From assembly GCA_963543925.1 (NCBI GenBank), contig CAUUCP010000002.1, positions 9,485-73,484 of the forward strand: DNA of 64,000 nt, in the 5' to 3' direction. Both the position numbers and the translations under genes were made by a program. Under the pieces are notes generated by a model. It ran no database searches, was not told the DNA's origin, and was given only the letters and a program-made list of their open reading frames with translations. Origin of the DNA: an uncultured Bacteroidia bacterium (GTDB lineage: Bacteria > Bacteroidota > Bacteroidia > Bacteroidales > CAJPTX01). How positions within the stretch are numbered: position 1 is the first letter of the stretch; each line of letters opens with the position of its first letter. Positions 18,159 to 27,423 of this stretch are shown here, piece by piece.

Positions 18159-18194
18159 ATTGGGTGTGTTCCTCTGAAAAGGGTGGTATATATA

Positions 18195-18389
18195 AATGGT
18201 TCGTTTTATGCGAGCAATAACCCACTCTACGTGGTGGACGGTGTGCCCTTTGAAGGGGATATCGCCTCGATCAACCCCGCCGACGTAGAGAGTACCGTCC
18301 TGCTCAAGGATGCAGCCTCGGCAGCCCTCTACGGGGCTCGTGCTGCGAATGGCGTGGTGATGATCACCACCAAGAATGGTGCGAATGCC
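18195..18389. repeat. inverted homology block 1, partner of 16847-17048
   Basis: See the 16847-17048 entry. Confidence 0.75.
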
Positions 18390-19624
18390 AAGAACGCAGG
18401 GATGGCAAATATCAACTTTGCCGCCAAGCTCGGTTACAACTTCCGTGGGATTCCTAGCTACGATCGTATTTCTGATCCCAAGCAATACGCAGAAAAGTAT
18501 TTCGAGGCGGTGTGGAACTCCCATCGTTATAGCAACCCCAAAATTCCCAAAGACGCGGATGACGATGATGTGACAGCGGCAGCGCTGGAAGAAGTATTCG
18601 ATCCCGCGGATGGATATGTATATTTCCCCTTCTCCGTAGGAGACGATAACGTCAATGGAGTAAAACCTACGACCGAGTGGTTTAAGCGTCGTGCCGATGG
18701 CACATGGGCCATAAACCCCAATGCCACCATAGGGCGTTATGTTGAAGATAAGGACGGGAACAAGTATTGGATGCAACCCGATGACTGGGAAAAGGAGGCG
18801 ATTAAGCCCAATATGCGCCAAGAGTATACCCTCTCGATGTCTGGGCGTAGCGAAAAGACCAACTACTTCATGTCTGCAGGATACTTGAACGATAAAGGGT
18901 ATACGAACAATTCGGACTTCACGCGCTATTCCTTCCGTCTGCGTGGCGATTACAAAGCAAAAAGCTGGTTGAACATGGGGGGGAACATCTCCTACACGGG
19001 TTACCAAGGTAATACCCTTGACGGTACAGAGGATGCAGGACTCTCTACAAACCTCTTTAGCGTTTTGGATGTAATCTCCCCTCTGTACCCGATGTATGTT
19101 CGGGATGGGGAGAAGAATATCCTAAAAGGTAGCAACGGGTTACCTGTTTATGACTTTGGTTACGAGCAGTTTCCTGGTATCGAAGCGCGTCCTGGGAGCG
19201 GCTGGGCAAACCCCTTGGCAGAGAATACCTACAATATCAACTTGAGCGATGCGTCGGTACTCGGGCTTCGTAGTTATGCCGACATTCTTATTCCTTACGG
19301 TTTCAAGGTAACGCTCAATGTAGGGTATGATGTAGACAATACCCATTTCACCCGAACCACCAACCCATTCTATGGGCAGTATGCGAGTGAGGGTGGACAG
19401 GTGATCAAGCAGGTAGATTACATCGGTACGCTCAACTTGCAACAACTTGTGAATTGGAGCAAGAGTTTCGATCAGCACAACATCGACCTCCTTATCGGGC
19501 ACGAATATAACACCAAAGAGAGTCGTAACATCTATGGTATACGGGATAAGATGTTTAACTACAAGACCAAGGAATTGGACGGGGCTATCGCCAATCCAAA
19601 GACAGGATCTAGTAGTGAACAGTA

Positions 19625-19859
19625 TCGTGTAGAAGGTTTCTTGGGTCGTGCGCAGTATGACTTTGCAGAGAAGTACTTCCTCACGCTCTCGTTCCGTCGC
19701 GATGGTTCGAGCCGCTTTGCGAAGAATAACCGTTGGGGGAACTTCGGTAGCGTGGGGGCATCGTGGATGCTCTCTAATGAAAGCTTTATGGAGTCCACGC
19801 GCAGCTTCCTAGACCTATTGAAAGTAAAGGCTAGCTATGGGATACAGGGGAATGACAAT
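19625..19859. repeat. inverted homology block 2, partner of 15391-15625
   Basis: See the 15391-15625 entry. Confidence 0.8.
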
Positions 19860-20926
19860 CTGGGAGTAGATTTCGCATACACCGACCTGTATCGTGTCAC
19901 CAACCAGAGCGATAATTTTGGGCTTAACTTCGCTAGCAAGGGGAATCCTAACATCACGTGGGAAAAGAGTAATAACTTCAATATCGGTGCAGAATTCGCC
20001 TTCTTCAAGCATCGTCTGACGGGAGGTATCGAAGTCTTTCGTCGTTCGGTGTCGGATATGTTGTTTAAGTTGAGTGTGCCTGTTTCCAGTGGTTATGCTT
20101 ATTACTGGGATAATATCGGCGCTATGTCCAACACAGGGGTAGATTTCGAGTTGCGCGGTGTGCCCTTCCGTAGCAAGGATATTGAGTGGTCTGTTTACCT
20201 GAACGGAGGTCATGTAACGAACCGTATCGATAAACTCCCTGCAGAGTGGAAGACCAAAGATTATGGTCACGTGGTGGGGACCTTGGTCTATCGTGAAGGA
20301 GGTTCTCTTGGCGATCTTCTCATACCACAGTACCTCGGCGTTACAGAAAACGGAGCGGCTAAGTGGAAGACCCAAGAGGGTGAGACAACCGATTATACCA
20401 CGGCACAGTTGCCCAAGAATAGAACCTACTATACCAATCTCGCTCCGAAGGTTCGTGGTGGTTTCGGTACAAACGTAGATTTCTACGGTTTTGACTTTGG
20501 TGCAGCCTTTAGTTATTCCATCGGCGGACAACTGATAGACGAAGCCTATCAGTCGCTCATGAGACCGAAGAATGGTGATGCAATGCATAAGGATCTCTTG
20601 AAAGCTTGGACACCGAACCGGAAGAGTGATATCCCTCGTCTTGAGACGAACAAAGAGTTCCATCGGACCTCGGATCGTTTCTTGGTATCGCGCACCTACT
20701 TCTCTATCGACAACCTGACCCTTGGCTATACCTTCCCCAAGGCTTGGTTGGACAAGATCAATCTTGGTAGCCTCCGTGTATATGCCGTGGCAGATAATAT
20801 CTGGCTCTTCTCTGCCCGCAAGGGTTTCGACCCCCGCTTTGGTGGTGGTGTGGGTTACAAGGCGATTCGTACCATCTCGGGTGGTCTGAATCTCACATTC
20901 TAACAATCTAGCGAAAGGTTTTCACA

Positions 20927-22591
20927 ATGCGTAATAAACGTGTTTTTTATCTTTTCGGGCTCGCTTTACCAGTCATCTTCTCGAGCTGCTCCAAGGAATT
21001 GGAACTAGAGCCCCAGAACGACTACTTAACCCAGGAGCAAGTCCTAGAATCGTCGCGTGTACGTCCCGAATTGAGTGAAGCGCCTCGGGTGGGGATGTAT
21101 GCCGAGCTCAAGAAATACAACCGTATCGGGGTGGAATCTCAATCCGATTTTGGTATCGGGTCTATCTCTCTTACGCTCGGAAATCGTGGCGATGGGCTCA
21201 TTTGTAACCGTCTAGACGGTTATAACAAATATTGGAAAGATACCGACTATAGTTCTAATTCTCCGACCTCGTTCCAATCGCGCTTTATCTACGAGTCGTT
21301 CTATGCTTTTATCAAAAGCGCCAATGACTTGTTGAAGACTACCGATCCGAAGTCTACTGCAACCGAGGTGGTGCAGTACCGTGCTGAGGCGAAAGCCTTT
21401 CGTGCGTGGGCGTATATGAACCTTGTGCAGATCTTCCAATTCAACTATCAAAAGGATCCCAATGCACTCGGGGTACCGATTATCACGGAAGCGACTTCTA
21501 CACAAGAGACTCTTAAAAACCCCCGCAAGACCCTAACAGAGGTGTACAAGTTCATCGGGGATGATCTAAAGGCTGCCTATGAAGCACTGGCGGGTATGGA
21601 AAATAGTACCTCCCACGCATACATAGACAAGCATGTCGTACGTGGTCTACAGGCGCGGATGCATCTCCTCAAAGGAGAATGGGCGGAGGCGGCAGAGGCG
21701 GCAAAACAAGTGATCGAAAAGAGTGGCGCTAAACCCTTGTCGATGACCGAGGCGAGCATGCCGAACTTTGATGACGGCGAGGCGTCCAACATGCTCTGGG
21801 CAAGTATACAGACCTCAGTGGATCGGCTCACGACCTCGGGGCTTGTAAACTTCCAATCCATGATGTGTTCTCTCTCTGGACGTCTTGCTTATACATCGGT
21901 CGCGCCGATGCGTATCAACCCAGATCTTTACCAGTCTATCAATGAGTCCGATGTGCGTCGCTGCTGGTGGGTAATACCTGAGGACATTGAGAAGAATTCG
22001 ATAAAAAAGAACATCGATGGGATGATTAATCACTTCATGCAGATCTATGGCTTAGATCAAGCCACAGCGACGACCACAGCTGAAAAGTATGTAGCGAAGA
22101 AAGGCTTGAAAGCTTTTACAAATATCAAGTTCGCTCCAGTAGATAAAGACATCTACAAGAAGGAGAACTCTTCGGACTTCCCTTTGATGCGAATTGAGGA
22201 GATGTACTACATCGTGGCAGAGGGTATCGCACACTCCGATCTAGAAAACGGTAAGGAGGTTCTGAAAAGCTTCGTATCCACGTACCGCCAAGAGGACTAT
22301 GACCCCGAGATTGCAGATCTGAACGCCTTTATAGACGAGATCTACCGTCAGCGCCGTCTAGAGTTCTGGGGTGAGATGTTACCCTATTACGATATGATGC
22401 GTTTGAACAAACCCATGGAGCGTATCAAAAAGGATGGAATTGCTTCGCTGATTTATCAGCCTATCCAATCCTTCAACCTCGCTGCAGGGGATCCACGTCT
22501 GATTATGCAGTTCCCCGAGCGTGAGTTATCGCAGAACCCAGCGATAGTGCAGAACGAATACAAGGCACCTCCTTCAAATGAAGCGAAATAG
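20927..22591 (+). CDS. SusD/RagB-family outer-membrane lipoprotein (locus 2, intact)
   Basis: 554 aa. Lipobox VIFSSC. Paralogous to locus 1 SusD (FRAWAYMNLVQ, IYRQRRLEFWGEMLPYYDMMR). Confidence 0.85.
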   Translation: MRNKRVFYLFGLALPVIFSSCSKELELEPQNDYLTQEQVLESSRVRPELSEAPRVGMYAELKKYNRIGVESQSDFGIGSISLTLGNRGDGLICNRLDGYNKYWKDTDYSSNSPTSFQSRFIYESFYAFIKSANDLLKTTDPKSTATEVVQYRAEAKAFRAWAYMNLVQIFQFNYQKDPNALGVPIITEATSTQETLKNPRKTLTEVYKFIGDDLKAAYEALAGMENSTSHAYIDKHVVRGLQARMHLLKGEWAEAAEAAKQVIEKSGAKPLSMTEASMPNFDDGEASNMLWASIQTSVDRLTTSGLVNFQSMMCSLSGRLAYTSVAPMRINPDLYQSINESDVRRCWWVIPEDIEKNSIKKNIDGMINHFMQIYGLDQATATTTAEKYVAKKGLKAFTNIKFAPVDKDIYKKENSSDFPLMRIEEMYYIVAEGIAHSDLENGKEVLKSFVSTYRQEDYDPEIADLNAFIDEIYRQRRLEFWGEMLPYYDMMRLNKPMERIKKDGIASLIYQPIQSFNLAAGDPRLIMQFPERELSQNPAIVQNEYKAPPSNEAK

Positions 22592-22610
22592 TTCTTTGTA
22601 GCGTCTTTTC

Positions 22611-22647
22611 CCGCCGTCCCCCTTCGCCAAGGGGGGCGGTTTTTTTT
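22611..22647 (+). terminator. terminator downstream of SusD-like 2
   Basis: CCGCCGTCCCCC-TTCGCCAA-GGGGGGCGG-TTTTTTTT. It is the reverse-complement homolog of the 12570-12608 terminator. Confidence 0.75.
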
Positions 22648-22736
22648 ATGTATTGAAAAGATGGAGAGAATAGAGACTCTCACGCAAAAGAAGCACAAGC
22701 TATGGTATAATGTTTGTGATTCACAATAATAGACGC

Positions 22737-22744
22737 TACTTTTG
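22737..22744 (+). promoter_or_regulatory. -7 box TACTTTTG for the ATPase/RloB operon
   Basis: TAnnTTTG match with 29 nt between the box and the ATG at 22774. The palindrome TGTGATTCACA at 22715-22725 sits in the -33 region. Confidence 0.55.
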
Positions 22745-22773
22745 CATATTATTTCATATAACGAGTCCTATAT

Positions 22774-24066
22774 ATGCTTGTACAATTCTCTGTAGAGAAC
22801 TATATGACCTTTAGACACAAGGCGACACTCAGTCTTGTAGCATCCAACTATGACAAGCAAACCCGCGAGACCGAGAATGTGATCCTAGTAAAGCCCTTCC
22901 GACTACGCTTATTACGTAGCGCTGCAATTTATGGTGCGAATGCAAGCGGTAAAACCAAGCTACTAGAGGCACTATTATTTATGCGCAACTTCGTACTCAC
23001 AAGCTCTAAGGAAGGACAAAAGGGAGACACGATAGATGTCGAACCTTTTCGCCTGAATGTAGCAAGTGAAAAAGAGCCCAGTGAGTTTGAGGTGATCTTT
23101 TATGCCACTAATAAGCTTTATCGATACGGTTTCTCTGTGAACAAAGAGCAGGTATGTGAAGAATGGCTGTATGTAAAAGCTTTACGTAAAGAAGTGGAGA
23201 TCTTTGTGCGGGAAGGGGAACACATGCACATCCATGACAAGTATTTTTCACGCGGGAAACGCCTCTGGGAAGACAAGATGGTGCGAAACAATGCGCTCTT
23301 CCTCTCTGTGGCGGCACAGTTTAACGACGAATTGGCAGGAGAGGTACTGGCTTGGTTTCTGAACTTAAAGATTATTTCTGGGTTACGTAAAGAAGGGTTC
23401 GAGAGCGTTACCTTATCTCAACTCACGAATTCGGAATTCAAGAAAACTCTATTGCATCTCTTACAGGCAGCAGACATCGCGTTAGAGGATATTGAACTCA
23501 AGCGAGATAACCCCGAAGAGCACCTCCCCAAAGAACTTATCCAGCATTTGAAACAACTCAATCCGAATGCCGTCTTTTACCATGACCTCAACACCTTTCA
23601 CAGAAAGTTTGATGCCCAAGGAAATCTACTAACAGAACGCGCCGTCTTCTCCTTCAATGAGAATGAATCGGCTGGTACACAGCAGTTCTTTTCGATAGTG
23701 GGTCCGATTATTGATGTTCTGGTACACGGCTACCTCCTCTATGTCGACGAGCTAGATGCACGCTTACATCCCCGTTTAGTCAGTGCTCTTCTCGCTCTTT
23801 TCAATTCGGCACAAAGTAATCCTCACGATGCGCAGTTGATATTTAATACCCATTATAGCCAACTCTTAGACACTGGCTTGCTCCGTCGCGATCAGGTCTG
23901 GTTTGTAGAAAAGAATGCTCTAGAAGAAGGCTCGCTCTATTCTCTTTCTGATTTCAAAGGCACCCGAAGAGATGAACCCTTCCAACGGAACTACTTACTT
24001 GGGAAGTATGGGGCGGTTCCCATAATAGAAGATTTAACTAGTATAATAGACCATGATGACAAATAA
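22774..24066 (+). CDS. AAA_21/ABC-type ATPase, AbiLi-like defence ATPase
   Basis: 430 aa. The N-terminus MLVQFSVENYMTF... is typical of this family. Walker A GANASGKTKLLEAL and Walker B LLYVDELDARLHP are present. It overlaps the downstream RloB gene by 14 nt. Confidence 0.75.
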   Translation: MLVQFSVENYMTFRHKATLSLVASNYDKQTRETENVILVKPFRLRLLRSAAIYGANASGKTKLLEALLFMRNFVLTSSKEGQKGDTIDVEPFRLNVASEKEPSEFEVIFYATNKLYRYGFSVNKEQVCEEWLYVKALRKEVEIFVREGEHMHIHDKYFSRGKRLWEDKMVRNNALFLSVAAQFNDELAGEVLAWFLNLKIISGLRKEGFESVTLSQLTNSEFKKTLLHLLQAADIALEDIELKRDNPEEHLPKELIQHLKQLNPNAVFYHDLNTFHRKFDAQGNLLTERAVFSFNENESAGTQQFFSIVGPIIDVLVHGYLLYVDELDARLHPRLVSALLALFNSAQSNPHDAQLIFNTHYSQLLDTGLLRRDQVWFVEKNALEEGSLYSLSDFKGTRRDEPFQRNYLLGKYGAVPIIEDLTSIIDHDDK

Positions 24067-24712
24067 AAAACATGCTAGTGAACCCAAGCTAAAACGTCCG
24101 TCTCCGAATCGAGACCCAAAGAGAATCATAGGAATAGTAACAGAGGGTAAGACCGAACAACTCTATTTGCAACGCTTCGTGGAAGAGTTCGAACTACGCA
24201 AGAATCCACGTGTTGAAATACAGATAAGGTCTATCAATACAGGAGCGTCCAAAACGTTATTGCAAGAGGCAAGGAAAAAGAAGAAAGAATGCGACGATGT
24301 CTGGATCGTATGTGACAAGGATGAGAATGGCGATGACGTGTTTTCTCAAATGTTAGCACAGGCTCGTTCGCAAAAGATACAAGTAGCCTATTCCAACCAA
24401 GCTTTTGAGTATTGGGTCTTGCTTCATTTCTCTGATCTTCAAGGGGAAGCTATCGATAGAAGGGATTACGAAAAGAAATTGAATCAAGTACTGAGACCGT
24501 ATAATATCGCATATACAACGACGCCTAAGACTCTTTCACCAGAATTACTGGATGTGCTAATGGATAGCAAACTTATAGACCAAGCAATATCACGTGCAAA
24601 ACGGATTCATGAGAAAAAGATTACTGAAGGAAAACCTTACAGCGAGTCCTGTACGACGGTTTATTGCTTGATCGGGATGCTAAAAGATATCAGTAGAGTT
24701 AAAAGTATATAG
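24053..24712 (+). CDS. RloB-like (TOPRIM-like) protein, AbiLii-like
   Basis: 219 aa. Motifs RIIGIVTEGKTEQLY, WIVCDKDEN and VAYSNQAFEYWVLLHF match the RloB family signature as I recall it. Confidence 0.75.
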   Translation: MMTNKKHASEPKLKRPSPNRDPKRIIGIVTEGKTEQLYLQRFVEEFELRKNPRVEIQIRSINTGASKTLLQEARKKKKECDDVWIVCDKDENGDDVFSQMLAQARSQKIQVAYSNQAFEYWVLLHFSDLQGEAIDRRDYEKKLNQVLRPYNIAYTTTPKTLSPELLDVLMDSKLIDQAISRAKRIHEKKITEGKPYSESCTTVYCLIGMLKDISRVKSI

Positions 24713-24848
24713 TTTTCCGTCACCCTTCATTCCTCCAGCGGTGTTCAAAAAACTCATACCCTTCAATATTATTGAACAAAGCAAAGTTATTGAACAGACT
24801 CTATATAGCCAAACCCTCCCCTTCCACACACAACCCCCGCTTTTTCTC

Positions 24849-24856
24849 TATCTTTG
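24849..24856 (+). promoter_or_regulatory. -7 box TATCTTTG for hutI
   Basis: 34 nt lie between the box and the ATG at 24891. The box is only 4 nt from the track's 24861 start, which argues for 24891. Confidence 0.55.
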
Positions 24857-24890
24857 ACAAGTGTTTTACAACAACGTAACCGAAGAAAAG

Positions 24891-26132
24891 ATGAGTACGC
24901 TGGTCGTAGAGAATATAGCCAAACTGGTACAAGTAGAAGAAGGCGAACCGCGGAAGTGGGTCGCAGGGCAAGATATGCAGCACCTCGCCTGTGTAGAGGA
25001 TGCTTACCTTTTGGTGGAAGACGGCAAGATCCGACAGTGGGGTAAGAGCGCAGATGCGCCACAGGCTGGGATCGACGTGCGCGTAGATGCCAAGGGGGGG
25101 ATGGTCTTCCCTTCTTTCTGCGACAGCCACACCCATCTCGTTTATGCGGGAAGCCGAGAAATAGAATATATAGACAAGATTCGTGGACTCTCTTACGAAG
25201 AGATCGCCAAGCGCGGCGGTGGGATAAATAACTCTGCGGCGCGGCTTCATGCCGCCTCGGAAGATGAGCTCTACGAGAGTGCTATGGAGCGCATCCGCGA
25301 GATCATCCAGTGCGGTACGGGCGCCGTGGAGATTAAGAGCGGCTACGGGCTCACGACCGAGGATGAGCTGAAGATGTTACGCGTTATCCGCCGCATCCGC
25401 GAGACGAGTCCTCTGGTCGTGCGTGCCAACTTCCTCGGGGCACACGCAGTCCCACTCGCCTACAAGGGACGTCAGGGGGAGTATGTAGACCTTCTTATCA
25501 ACGAGATGATCCCACTGGTAGCGTCCGAGGATCTTGCAGACTTTGTTGACGTCTTCTGCGACGCAGGCTTCTTTACCGTGGAGGAGACGGAGCGCATCCT
25601 GATGCAAGGCATCAAGTACGGCATGCGCCCGAAGATTCACGCCAACGAGCTGGCTTGCTCGGGCGGGATTCAGGTTGGTGTGAAGTACAACGCTCTTTCC
25701 GTAGACCACCTCGAGTATACGGGGGATGAGGAAATCGCCGCCCTGCTTGGTTCGGAGACCATGCCGACCCTATTGCCGGGAGCAGCCTTCTTCCTTGGGA
25801 TGGAGAACCCGCCTGCACGCAAGATGATTGAGGCAGGGCTTCCGCTTGCGATGGCATCGGACTACAACCCAGGTTCGTCCCCCTCGGGAGATATGAAGTT
25901 CGTCGTATCGCTCGGGTGTGTCAAGCTCCGTCTTTTGCCTGAAGAAGCTTTTAATGCGACCACGATCAACTCCGCCTACGCCATGGGGCTTAGTGATACC
26001 CACGGGAGTATCGCTCGGGGTAAGGTGGCGAATTTCTACATAACGAAGCCTATCCCCTCGTACGAGTTCATGCCCTACGCCTACACGACACGGCTCATTT
26101 CTCGCGTTTTCCTCGGCGGTGTAGAGCAGTAA
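24891..26132 (+). CDS. hutI: imidazolonepropionase
   Basis: Amidohydrolase motifs FCDSHTHLVYAGSRE, GGGINNS, HANE and ASDYNPGS. The start was moved to MSTLVVENI... on promoter position. Confidence 0.8.
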   Translation: MSTLVVENIAKLVQVEEGEPRKWVAGQDMQHLACVEDAYLLVEDGKIRQWGKSADAPQAGIDVRVDAKGGMVFPSFCDSHTHLVYAGSREIEYIDKIRGLSYEEIAKRGGGINNSAARLHAASEDELYESAMERIREIIQCGTGAVEIKSGYGLTTEDELKMLRVIRRIRETSPLVVRANFLGAHAVPLAYKGRQGEYVDLLINEMIPLVASEDLADFVDVFCDAGFFTVEETERILMQGIKYGMRPKIHANELACSGGIQVGVKYNALSVDHLEYTGDEEIAALLGSETMPTLLPGAAFFLGMENPPARKMIEAGLPLAMASDYNPGSSPSGDMKFVVSLGCVKLRLLPEEAFNATTINSAYAMGLSDTHGSIARGKVANFYITKPIPSYEFMPYAYTTRLISRVFLGGVEQ

Positions 26133-26145
26133 GGTCTTCGGTCTC

Positions 26146-27075
26146 ATGGGAGCAGAAAAACAGCCCTTGCGCTCGATAGTGGAAGGGCTTTTCGCTGAGT
26201 TCTCGCCACGGCGAGGGCTTGGTAAGGTGGCGAATTATATCCCTGCACTTGGCACGGTCGATGCGCACCAGTTTGGTGTTGCCGTGCAGCCGTTGGAGGG
26301 GGAATGTATCTGTTGTGGGGAAGCGCAGGTACGTTTTTCTATCCAGAGTATCAGCAAGCTTTTTGCCTTCACGATGGCCTTTGCGGCACGTGGCGAGCGT
26401 ATCTGGGAGCGTATTGGGAAAGAGCCTTCTGGTACGTCGTTTAACTCACTCTTTCAACTCGAGGCAGAGAATGGCATTCCCCGCAACCCGTTCATCAATG
26501 CAGGCGCTATGGTGATCACGGATATGCTGATTGATGATTTCGACGACCCTATGGGCGAGCTCCTTGCTATTTTGCACCAGCTCACGGGGTGTCACTCTAT
26601 CGATTATGATGAAGAGGTTTACCGTTCAGAGCTTGCCTACGGTTCGCGTAACGCTGCACTGTGCTATCTGATGAAGAGCTTTGGGAATATCCATCACTCG
26701 GTACGGCAAGTGCTCGACCTTTACTTTATGCAATGCTCGGTACGGATGACGTGTAGGGAGCTTGCGCAATCGGTACAATTCTTAGCACAGCACGGTGTCA
26801 ATCCTCTTTCAGGCAAGGCCTTTCTTACGCCCAGTCAAACCAAGCGTACGAATGCGCTGATGCTTACGACGGGACTCTACAATGAGGCGGGGGATTTTGC
26901 TTTTCGGGTCGGTATCCCAGCAAAGAGTGGTGTTGGCGGTGGGATCGTCGGACTCATTCCGGGCGAGCTCACGGTCGCCACTTGGTCGCCTGGGCTTAAT
27001 TCGCTAGGCAATTCACAATTAGGGATAGACTTTCTCGAGGAGTTCACGACACGCACTGGACTTTCTATCTTCTAG
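26146..27075 (+). CDS. glsA: glutaminase A
   Basis: 309 aa. Motifs NYIPALG, the serine-lysine motif IQSISK, NPFINAGA and PAKSGVGGGI. Confidence 0.85.
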   Translation: MGAEKQPLRSIVEGLFAEFSPRRGLGKVANYIPALGTVDAHQFGVAVQPLEGECICCGEAQVRFSIQSISKLFAFTMAFAARGERIWERIGKEPSGTSFNSLFQLEAENGIPRNPFINAGAMVITDMLIDDFDDPMGELLAILHQLTGCHSIDYDEEVYRSELAYGSRNAALCYLMKSFGNIHHSVRQVLDLYFMQCSVRMTCRELAQSVQFLAQHGVNPLSGKAFLTPSQTKRTNALMLTTGLYNEAGDFAFRVGIPAKSGVGGGIVGLIPGELTVATWSPGLNSLGNSQLGIDFLEEFTTRTGLSIF

Positions 27076-27079
27076 AGAG

Positions 27080-27418
27080 ATGGCGAGTAGCAAAGCACGT
27101 GCCTTCTATCGTTTCGAACTCTGGGTACTCACGGGGAGTATCCTACTCATCTTGCTAGCGGGGCTGTTGACGCTCCTCTCTTACAGTGCGGCCAATGGTC
27201 TCGGGGTCTTGGCAGTGCTATTCTATGTCATGGCACGTGGGATCAGCATTCTCGGGCGTGGTATCCGCTACGAACCCAAGTCGCGCCTACTGCTCCTCTT
27301 TCTCCTCTTGGTGGGGCTCGTCTTTGTACTCATGGGGATGGGTAAGCTCTTTATGCTCATGGTATTACTGGGGCTTGACGGCGCTATTCTATACAATCGT
27401 TACCGTAAAGCCAAATAA
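27080..27418 (+). CDS. small hypothetical membrane protein
   Basis: 112 aa with 3-4 hydrophobic helices. It is tightly packed between glsA and rlmN. No family was recognised. Confidence 0.4.
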   Translation: MASSKARAFYRFELWVLTGSILLILLAGLLTLLSYSAANGLGVLAVLFYVMARGISILGRGIRYEPKSRLLLLFLLLVGLVFVLMGMGKLFMLMVLLGLDGAILYNRYRKAK

Positions 27419-27423
27419 TTCGC

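Larger units (their letters stand above)
18084..20903 (+). pseudogene. 5'-truncated SusC/RagA-family receptor (locus 2): lacks promoter, signal peptide, N-terminal domain and the first part of the plug; otherwise an intact 2.7-kb frame
   Basis: Homology to locus 1 SusC starts at about nt 18195 (NGSFYASNNPLYVVDG, equivalent to about residue 170 of locus 1) and runs uninterrupted to ...GGLNLTF. The upstream 37 codons are repeat-element sequence with a TTG pseudo-start and no signal peptide. Confidence 0.8.

Noticed and set aside
18138-19007. 289-aa minus-strand ORF (and the similar 363-aa ORF at 19815-20906)
   Set aside because: Both lie antisense to the susC' frame, which has end-to-end TonB-dependent receptor homology. 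Their low-complexity composition is typical of shadow ORFs.
24861-24890. longer hutI start (MFYNNVTEEK...)
   Set aside because: The -7 box at 24849-24856 would be only 4 nt upstream. MSTLVVENI at 24891 fits both the promoter geometry and the family N-terminus.
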